A stretch of DNA of 26,773 nt. Origin: an uncultured Methanosarcinaceae archaeon. Its GTDB lineage: Archaea > Halobacteriota > Methanosarcinia > Methanosarcinales > Methanosarcinaceae. A model generated the notes under the pieces. It did not search any database, was not told the origin of the DNA, and saw only the letters and a list, made by a program, of their open reading frames with translations. This document shows positions 19,031 to 26,773 of the stretch, piece by piece (position 1 is the stretch's first letter; each line of letters opens with the position of its first letter). Made by a program: the position numbers and the translations under genes. The stretch covers positions 1 to 26,773 of the forward strand of contig CAVRJG010000040.1 of the NCBI GenBank assembly GCA_963721455.1. The letters run 5' to 3'.

Positions 19031-20773
19031 ATGCTCAGAGTTTCCAACCTGGTTAAAGATTATGAGGTACGTTCCGAAAAGATTAGAGTACTGGACCATA
19101 TCGACCTCACGGTGGAGGATGGAGAAATTCTCGGGATTACAGGTCGAAGCGGAAGCGGAAAATCGACATTGTTGCGCATTATCCGGGGAGTGGAGCCCTT
19201 TCAGGAAGGAACTGTGGAAGTAGATGGAGAAATTATATCTCCTTCTTCAGGGATTGAAGGGGAAAAGTTTCTGAAAAGCGTAAGCGCAATACACCTCCAG
19301 CGAAACTTCGGGCTCTGGAACGGGCCTGCGATTGAAAATATTATAAGAAAGCTAAACTACCTTCGAGTAGGGCATGAAGCCCTTCCACAGAATGAACATC
19401 TTCCGCACGATGTAACTAATGATTACGACGAACTCTTTAAAGAAGCGATGGAATATCTGAAACTTGTGGGCCTGGAACACAAAGCACTTCATTCCACCAA
19501 CCTTCTGAGCGGCGGGGAAAAACAGAGAGTTGTAATGGCAAGGCAACTTGCCGCAAAACCAAAACTCCTTCTCCTCGATGAACCCGTCACAATGACCGGG
19601 CCGGACACAAAACAGGAAGTCCTTGATGTAATAAAGAGCTTGAAAGAGAAAATGAACATCCCAATCATAGTAGTTTCCCACCTGCCGGAAGTTCACGCCT
19701 ATCTTGCCGACAGGCTGGTTTTCCTTGAAAATGGGAAAATTGCAGCAGACGGAGAGCCTTCCTGGGTGCTTAAAAATTTCCTTAGAGATATGAAGCCGAG
19801 GGAAGAGCTTGCAGAACCTGAGAATAAGGAAATCTGCATCAAAGTAAAGGAAATTTCAAAACGCTATTCCATCATCCGGATGGGGGAAGTCCTTAATATA
19901 AAAAACTTTTCTCTCGACGTTTACAGGGGAGAAATTCTGGCTTTTATCGGCTCATCAGGAACCGGAAAAACAACACTTATGAAGCTCATGGAAGGCCTTG
20001 TCAGGCCGAAAAGCGGGACTGTAGAGTATCTTTGCAACGGAGACTGGGTGGATGTCACCGAATACAGCAGGAAGCGAATGGAACTCCGACGAATTATGAG
20101 TGTCATGAACCAGGAATTCTCAATGTCCGTGAACTCCACGGTCAGGGACCAGATTCGATTCAGGCTAAGCATGAAAAAGAAAGGTGCAATCGAGCATGCA
20201 AGGGATCAAGCCAGGGAAATGGGTCTCTCGGATGAGACCCTCGATACCATATACCGCCTTCCAGACATGCCAGAAGAGGAGAAAGCAAACGCACTGCGGG
20301 AGCTGAACCTGAATGATACCATCTATTTCGAACTCTTCCCCACGATCCCGGCAACTGATGTCGATACCTATGCAAAGCCAGTCTTTGAAGCCCTTGACCT
20401 GCCAATGGAAATCCTTGATAAAAACCCTTGCCAGATCAGCGGAGGTGAGCATGTCCGAGCTTTTATTGCCCTGAGCCTTGCAACCTCTCCCGAGTACCTT
20501 ATGCTTGATGAGCCCTTCGGAGACCTTGACCCTGTAACCCTCAGGGATGTCACAAACTCCTTAAAAAGGATCAATGAACGCTTCGGCACGACCATTGTGC
20601 TTGTGAGTCACCATATGGATTTTGTCCGGGAAGTTGCCCACAGGGCTTTATTGATAGAAAACGGAACCCTTGTGATGGAAGGAAAGCCGGCTGAAGTCTG
20701 CCAGGAACTGATCAACAGGAGCAACGCCCCTTACATGGAGCACAGCCTGGGAGACCTGGTGGAGGGGAACTGA
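19031..20773 (+). CDS. Tandem ABC-type ATPase related to MCR-activation component A2 (AtwA-like paralogue)
   Basis: Two complete NBDs (GRSGSGKS/LSGGE/LLLDEP/VSH and GSSGTGKT/ISGGE/MLDEP/VSHHMDFV) and an AIHLQRNFGL Q-loop like AtwA. No permease nearby. GAGGT SD favours ATG 19031 over 18980. Confidence 0.78.
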   Translation: MLRVSNLVKDYEVRSEKIRVLDHIDLTVEDGEILGITGRSGSGKSTLLRIIRGVEPFQEGTVEVDGEIISPSSGIEGEKFLKSVSAIHLQRNFGLWNGPAIENIIRKLNYLRVGHEALPQNEHLPHDVTNDYDELFKEAMEYLKLVGLEHKALHSTNLLSGGEKQRVVMARQLAAKPKLLLLDEPVTMTGPDTKQEVLDVIKSLKEKMNIPIIVVSHLPEVHAYLADRLVFLENGKIAADGEPSWVLKNFLRDMKPREELAEPENKEICIKVKEISKRYSIIRMGEVLNIKNFSLDVYRGEILAFIGSSGTGKTTLMKLMEGLVRPKSGTVEYLCNGDWVDVTEYSRKRMELRRIMSVMNQEFSMSVNSTVRDQIRFRLSMKKKGAIEHARDQAREMGLSDETLDTIYRLPDMPEEEKANALRELNLNDTIYFELFPTIPATDVDTYAKPVFEALDLPMEILDKNPCQISGGEHVRAFIALSLATSPEYLMLDEPFGDLDPVTLRDVTNSLKRINERFGTTIVLVSHHMDFVREVAHRALLIENGTLVMEGKPAEVCQELINRSNAPYMEHSLGDLVEGN

Positions 20774-21460
20774 AAAAGGCGTTTTAAAGGAGAGAAGGCA
20801 GTTAAAATTTTGCCCCTCGCAAATTTTTTTATTTTTTCTCTATCCCAGAATCTTATTTTTCCCAGTACTTAATATCAACGGTTTTCCATCTGTTGTTTCA
20901 TGATCAGTTTTTTTGCTTAATTTAAAATCAATAGTCATTTTTCTGCATCACCTCATTTTAATTTTTTATAATAGCTCCTGATACAGGATTTTTGCAAAGC
21001 CAAATTTTAAGCTTGAAACTCTTTACTATTAAATATATTTTAGAGATATGTAAATACTCCAAGTTTTAATACCTGTATACGGCAACTATATATGCAAGCA
21101 AATTGCAATAAAATGTCAAGTATGATTTAAATTATTGTATTCACGGGAAAAAATCGATGAGGCAACTATAACTTCTGCTTTTTGGCAATTTGTTGTAGTC
21201 TCATTCAGGTGAGTATCTGAGCAGGAAATCAAGAGTTTGAGGGTCATTATATCCGTGGAAACGGCTTAGAGTCAACCCGTTTTTGTTTTCTGGCATTGAA
21301 CTCATCCCAAAAGCTGTCATTCCTTGAAACACTAATAAACCTGATCCGAATAATTCCAGGTCTATTGTTTAGTGCAGAGGGCGCTTAATGCACCAGAAAT
21401 GGAATTCTAAAACTATCCAGAGATCATTCGTCAATAGCTACTCACTTAAAGGTGATTTAG

Positions 21461-22033
21461 ATGAGTTTTAGAAAAGCCCAGGTTACCAGACCAATTGCAT
21501 ATTTAACGGGTATGAAGAGAGTATTAAAAGACATTCTTGGGGGTTTTCTTTTAAAGGGATGGGAGCAGGCGCAAAAGGAGAACATTGTACCTGTAGATGA
21601 TTATATCATTCCTGAGGTTATTAAAATTCAGTCTGAGAGTTTTCAGGACAAAAGTGAGAAAGATATAATCAAATATTCAAAGAGTTCTAGAAAAATATTC
21701 TATGTAGTTAAGAGTCAAGACAGAGTAGTTGGTTACTGTATTTATTATTTGAAACCTGTAATTTCTTCCAGAGGCTTTAAGAAACAATCGGTTATATATT
21801 CAATTGCAACTGACAGGAACTTTAGAGGAAAGGGCTTTGGTAAGAAGTTATTAAAAGAAAGTATAAAAGAAATGAGATTAAACAAAATATCATCGATTAT
21901 TTTGTACGTAAGCGAAAATAATGCCCCAGCCCTACGATTATATGAAAAGACGGGCTTTATAACAATTGGACAAATAGAAAACGTATGCGGCCAGAGAGAA
22001 AAATGTTATAAGATGGAACTGAAGCTTGTTTGA
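21461..22033 (+). CDS. GNAT-family N-acetyltransferase (RimI-like)
   Basis: SIATDRNFRGKGFGKKLL acetyl-CoA motif A and NAPALRLYEKTGF. AGGTGA SD upstream. Confidence 0.9.
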   Translation: MSFRKAQVTRPIAYLTGMKRVLKDILGGFLLKGWEQAQKENIVPVDDYIIPEVIKIQSESFQDKSEKDIIKYSKSSRKIFYVVKSQDRVVGYCIYYLKPVISSRGFKKQSVIYSIATDRNFRGKGFGKKLLKESIKEMRLNKISSIILYVSENNAPALRLYEKTGFITIGQIENVCGQREKCYKMELKLV

Positions 22034-22143
22034 GTTATTGCCTGAGTACACTTTAGAGAACATTTTGTTTTTATAAAGGATAATCTTATTTTATCATTCA
22101 CATGTGAGCTGTTATATAAAATCGCAGCCTTTTTCAATCAACC

Positions 22144-22866
22144 TTATTTTTTCTCACACAGCCGATCCCATTCTTCGTTTCCGAATTTTATGTACAGGCT
22201 CGCAGGCACGATCGGTTTTTCGAGTTCTTTGATTGTCTTTTCCGAAAGCTTCTGGTTTTCGACAATCTCTTTTCCTGCGCATCTGAGAACTTTTTTGTAC
22301 TTTCCCAGTAGAGGCTTCAGCATGATATTGCTTTTGCCCCTGAAAATTTCCCCTTCTCCTCTGTAGATCTCGGCAATTAGTTCGGTGTGAAAGGTTCTTG
22401 CAAGCCTCCTGAAAAAGAGGCTTTCAACTTCAAAATTAGTCTGGCCCGGCAGCCCGGCGTTTGACATCACGACGATCTTCGGAGACTTTTCATAGCGTTT
22501 TGCGTGCCTGTACTCACCCTTCTCATCTTCCTCAAAATGAGGCAAGAGGATAGGAGCAAGTCTATCTATGAAATTTTTCATGACAGCCGGAACATTATCA
22601 AAATAAATGGGACATGCAAACAACACAATATCCGAAGCCATAAATTTGGGAAGCAAATCGTCCATATCATCACGGATAGTGCATATTCCAGGCGTCTTAA
22701 GCCAGCACTCAAATTTTCCCCTGCAGTACCCAATATCCTTTTCGATAAGGATGAGATTCTCTGTCTCTGCCCCGGCTTCTTCTGCTCCTTTCAGGAATTC
22801 CTCAACCATAATTAGAGTGTTTCCTTCCCTGCCCTTATGGCTCCCGCTGAACACTGTTATTTTCAC
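22144..22866 (-). CDS. Flavodoxin-fold / iron-sulfur flavoprotein-like (NADPH-dependent FMN reductase family) protein
   Basis: GSHKGREGNT, CRGKFECWLKTPGIC, DDM, PIYF and MKNFIDR. GTG 22866 follows an AGGGGG SD. Confidence 0.85.
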   Translation of the reverse strand: MKITVFSGSHKGREGNTLIMVEEFLKGAEEAGAETENLILIEKDIGYCRGKFECWLKTPGICTIRDDMDDLLPKFMASDIVLFACPIYFDNVPAVMKNFIDRLAPILLPHFEEDEKGEYRHAKRYEKSPKIVVMSNAGLPGQTNFEVESLFFRRLARTFHTELIAEIYRGEGEIFRGKSNIMLKPLLGKYKKVLRCAGKEIVENQKLSEKTIKELEKPIVPASLYIKFGNEEWDRLCEKK

Positions 22867-22971
22867 GTAATAATCCCCCTTTCCCCACAAAAAATAAAAC
22901 CTGTGAGCTGAAGAGAATATTCTAAAAAGCCTTTACGATAAGAGGCCAATCTTGCACTCATGCATTTTTAC

Positions 22972-23625
22972 TTATTTTAACTCTCTAATCACACTGCAAG
23001 AAGGTTTAGTTTCCTTCTGGTCGTCGCTTTCAGCTCTTTTTTCATTACTGCCCTCACCGAATTGTTTCCCGATAGACCAGGCTTTGCCCAGATGCTTACC
23101 TATTCCCCAGTAGTTATTATCATACATGGAAAAAACGATCGGCTCAATCTTTTCGATATCAGGAATTTCATTGCAGAGGTATCGTTCCTCTGCGTAACTC
23201 TCAACAATTTCTCCGATGAAAACCTCGTTCGCGCCTCCAAAATCCAGGACATCTACAAGCCTGCACTCAAGATTCACCGGACATTCCCGAATCATTGGAG
23301 CTTTTTCAAGTTTTCCGCAGAAAGTTTCGAAAATCTCTGATTTATCTGCTTTTTTTCCGGAGACTATACCGCAGTAGTCCGTAACTTCCACCATATGCCT
23401 GGAAGGGATGTTTACACTGAAACAATGATTTTCCCTGATTCCTTCATTTGTGTAGTGCATTTTTCCCAGGGCCACCGCGATCATGGGAGGGCTTACCTGC
23501 ACGATTCCGCAAAAAGCAACTGTCAGGTAATTTGGCTTTCCGTTTACATAGGCCCCTACAAGGGTAGTAGGCATTGGATACAGAAAATTCCTGGCTCCGA
23601 TTGCCTTTTTCTCTCCAGTCTTCGT
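22972..23625 (-). CDS. Flavin reductase-like (flavoredoxin) protein; start uncertain (ACG 23625 or ATG 23574)
   Basis: LYPMP, FSVNIP, DYCGIVSG, APMIRECPVNLEC and FIGEIV motifs. Confidence 0.85.
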   Translation of the reverse strand, partial: TKTGEKKAIGARNFLYPMPTTLVGAYVNGKPNYLTVAFCGIVQVSPPMIAVALGKMHYTNEGIRENHCFSVNIPSRHMVEVTDYCGIVSGKKADKSEIFETFCGKLEKAPMIRECPVNLECRLVDVLDFGGANEVFIGEIVESYAEERYLCNEIPDIEKIEPIVFSMYDNNYWGIGKHLGKAWSIGKQFGEGSNEKRAESDDQKETKPSCSVIRELK

Positions 23626-23918
23626 CCTTTAGTCCTCCTCAAAGCTGCGCAGATTAATCTTGATTTAGGCTTAAATTATATAATACCGAAGTCCGCCGGA
23701 AAATTACACCGAAAAGTGTATTTTCAGAGTATTTTCCAGCTACATAATTAGTATTCCGGTTTTATCGATAAATAAATTAGGATATAATTATTCAGGGTAT
23801 AAATGCTCTGCGTGGATCCTAACGTAAAAATTGTGATAGGAGAAAATAGCCGGATACAAGACCATTCGAAATTCAGAAGAGAAGATAAAAATAAACCTGT
23901 GGGAGGGGATCTTCGGTT

Positions 23919-24949
23919 TCATTCATACCTTGATGCATCCACGGGAGCCATTTTTGCCGCCTTGCTTGCGGGATAAACCCCTGCTGTAACTCCCACGATT
24001 ATCGCGATCAGGAAGCTTTCCTCAAAGATGGAAGGGGATAAAGGAAGGGAAGATTCAGGATATGTGTGACGATATAAGCCCCTCCGATTCCCACTCCAAC
24101 TCCCAGGAGGCCTCCGAAGAGGCTGATAATAACTGATTCTACTAAAAAGAGCAGGAGAATATCCATACTTGGAAAACCAAGAGCTTTCATTAGTCCTATT
24201 TCCCTGGTACGTTCGGTTACGGTCACAAGCATAATGTTCATTATCCCTATCGAGCCCACCAGCAAGGATATCAGAACCACGGCAACCAGGAAATTTTTCA
24301 GGGAATTCGCAAGCTGGTTAATCTGCTCAAGGACATCGGCCTGGTTGAATAAAGATGCTGACATCCCGGTCAATTCCCCCGCCTGCGAATGAGGCGTTCA
24401 GGGGTTTGGTTATGCCTTTCACCTTGAACGTTCGGGTTACCGTCCTGTTTCCTTCGAGACGCAAGGTGATATCTATTGAACTGCGGCTAGAAATTTTCCT
24501 TTTAAATTATTCATTTGCTACCTTGGACCCTATAGCTGCAGAAAAAGAATCCTGGTCTCTTATGAAACTGCCGTTTTCCATAATGATATTGGAAGTATCC
24601 TTATAGTCTTCGGTTACTCCTACAATATCAATATTTTTCTTCTGGGAGAAGGAGGTTCCCACCCCAGTTGCTGTTTTATGGGGGAAACCCCGGCAATGCC
24701 TGGAGTTTTATCGATGACTTGCAGTTCATTGCTATAGAAGAGATTCGGCTCCTGCCTGTATATAATAATAAAATTGAAGCCCTGAGCATTGATTTCTTCC
24801 GCAAAATAAACATTAAAGATCTCCCAAGAGAGACGTTTGCAACCACTGCAGCGATTCCTATGACAATGCCAAGATTTGTCAGGCCCGAGCGGAATTTTGC
24901 GCTCCATGTGATTCCAAGAGATCCCGATAGTTTGCATTACTTTTAGCAT
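23919..24949 (-). pseudogene. MacB/FtsX-type ABC permease pseudogene
   Basis: Fragments in several frames: [44 protein letters not shown] and AGVYPASKAAKMAPVDASRYE*. Multiple frameshifts, an in-frame TAA (24507-24509) and an apparent internal deletion near 24350. Confidence 0.88.
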
Positions 24950-25388
24950 GAAAGTCCTCTAATTATCTACCCTTGACTGCAGCACTAGGTTTGAAATTTT
25001 ATAGAGTGCAGAGCTTCAAGTTCTTGGATGCAGGCAGAGTAAAACTAAGGTACGTTTCATACGGTTCCCAAAAAACCCCAGTAGAGATTAATTCTCAAAT
25101 ATATAATAGCTGTTAAAAGAACAGTATAAATTAGCACATTTCTTATATATGCTGGTGATATACATAGGAAAAACGAAGCATATGTACAAAGTGTCATAAG
25201 CTTGGAAAGAGAATTATATTGCCCTGAATTCTTTGAATGATTTTAAAATACTTAAGTCTCCTGGAATTGCTGAATATTATATTTTATACCTTTGTAGACT
25301 CTGTCTCATACCCCATTCAAACCCGGTTGCATCCTATTGAAAATGCACTTACTGTAACTTACTATAAATACACGGAGGGGGAAAGATT

Positions 25389-26717
25389 TTGAGAAAAAAT
25401 ATTGACAAAAACCCCGGACTTTTTTCAAGCGTCCAGCAGAGCTCCCAGATCTCTGCCGTATATAAAGATATCGAAGAATTGACAGAAATACTTGTTACCT
25501 ATTTTAAGCAAGGGATTGAAAGGGGAGAATATTGTTTATGGATTTCCCCGGATGAACTGGCAACAGAAAGAGCAAAGAATGAACTTGAAAAGGAAGGAGT
25601 GGATGTCGAGCACTGCCTCGTTTCCTCTCAATTGGAAATTCTGCCAGCTAATCCATTCCCGGAAAATAGGACCCGTCTCGCATCAGCAGTAAAAGAACTT
25701 GCAGAGAAGGGATATAAAAAAGCCCATTCAGGAGGCTTTTCAGGATTTAGAACGAATTTTGATCTTAAAGATGCTGGAAGTTCTCTTAAACCCTATCTTG
25801 AAACTTGCGGGAAGACCGTTGAAACGGTAATTTTCGAAAAAAACAAAAGTCCCACGTTTCTCTGTACTCTCCCTCTTGAAGAACTTTCAGGTAGCGTGCT
25901 GCTTGAACTGATGGAGGAAAACGGCGTTATTATCAAAAGAAGAGGAAAATGGAAGCACCTGGGACAGCTTGAAGGACGGAAGGAACTGGAAAACGCTATT
26001 CTCATAGCGAAAAAAGATGCCGAGGCCACTGACAGGGCCAAGAAAGGGCTCATTATGAATATGAGTCACGAACTTCGGACTCCCCTTAACTCGGTGATAG
26101 GTTTTTCCGATCTGCTGCTTGAAGGGGCTTTCGGATCCCTGAACACAAGACAATCAAAATATGTCAGCAATATTCTCATAAGCGGGAAAAATCTTCTGGA
26201 AATTATCAATAATCTGCTTGATATCTCAAGGCTTGAAGCCGGTGAAAGAAATCTTAATTATGAGGAAATAGATATTGCCAGCCTTATAGGAGAGGTGAGA
26301 ATGAGTCTTATCTCGCCTGCTTCAAATAAGAAAATCAGTGTAGAGGTGAAAGTAGATACTTCCCTTGAGAATATCCGGGCTGACAGGACGAAATTGAGAC
26401 AGATCCTGTACAATCTCATGAGCAACGCTATGAAATTCACTCCTGATAAGGGAAGGGTCATCGTGAGCGCGTGCAAGAAAGAAGGTGCTCTTGAGATTAA
26501 AGTTTCGGACAACGGAATCGGGTTGTCAAAAGAGGATAATGAAAAAATATTTATGCCCTTTACCCAGGCCGATTCTTCAACAGCCAGGGGATACGGCGGA
26601 GCTGGACTTGGGCTGTACATCGTTAAAAACTTCATAGACCTTCATGGAGGAAAAATCTGGGTGGACTCCGAAGTCGGGAAGGGCAGTACATTTATCTTTA
26701 CTCTTCCGATAGATTAG
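25389..26717 (+). CDS. Cytoplasmic sensor histidine kinase (MEDS-like N-terminus, HisKA, HATPase_c)
   Basis: YFKQGIERGEYCLWI (MEDS-like), H box MSHELRTPLN, N box NLMSNAMKFT, DNGIG, GAGLGL and GKGSTF. Confidence 0.92.
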   Translation: MRKNIDKNPGLFSSVQQSSQISAVYKDIEELTEILVTYFKQGIERGEYCLWISPDELATERAKNELEKEGVDVEHCLVSSQLEILPANPFPENRTRLASAVKELAEKGYKKAHSGGFSGFRTNFDLKDAGSSLKPYLETCGKTVETVIFEKNKSPTFLCTLPLEELSGSVLLELMEENGVIIKRRGKWKHLGQLEGRKELENAILIAKKDAEATDRAKKGLIMNMSHELRTPLNSVIGFSDLLLEGAFGSLNTRQSKYVSNILISGKNLLEIINNLLDISRLEAGERNLNYEEIDIASLIGEVRMSLISPASNKKISVEVKVDTSLENIRADRTKLRQILYNLMSNAMKFTPDKGRVIVSACKKEGALEIKVSDNGIGLSKEDNEKIFMPFTQADSSTARGYGGAGLGLYIVKNFIDLHGGKIWVDSEVGKGSTFIFTLPID

Positions 26718-26773
26718 AAAGAAAGCTCTCTCTCCAAAAAGGGAAATTTCCTTTCTTAAAAGAAATAATTTGA

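Noticed and set aside
26715-26759. Pyrrolysine read-through of the kinase TAG stop
   Set aside because: The HATPase domain is already complete, and only 13 low-information codons follow before TAA.

Overview
Archaeal window, almost certainly Methanosarcina. The evidence is a RamA-type corrinoid activase, an AtwA/A2-like ATPase, archaeal SRP RNA, aIF5A, rpl40e, GGGP synthase and a MEDS-domain kinase. Bases 1-4340 are an AT-rich IS graveyard. It holds a co-oriented nested stack of four truncated elements (IS630 > ISAzo13 > a second IS630 > IS256) that interrupts a membrane-protein gene, followed by a decayed IS6 carrying an IS701-like element with a 5-bp target duplication. The rest is mostly core genome: aor, aIF5A-speB, two tandem ~58-aa Sm-like small proteins absent from the ORF track, a DUF2178-DUF2178-XRE operon with four phased 21-bp operator-like repeats, a KefC-type antiporter, tRNA-Ser(GCT), SRP RNA, a ramA-like gene, purB, rpl40e-GGGPS, an AtwA-like ATPase lacking the Zn motif, a GNAT gene behind a long structured leader with a possible SD switch, two flavoproteins, a MacB-type permease pseudogene and a histidine kinase. 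No complete novel multi-gene system is evident. The best leads are the GNAT leader RNA, the Sm-like pair, the phased operator array and the AtwA paralogue. All family assignments come from motif recognition by eye, not database searches.
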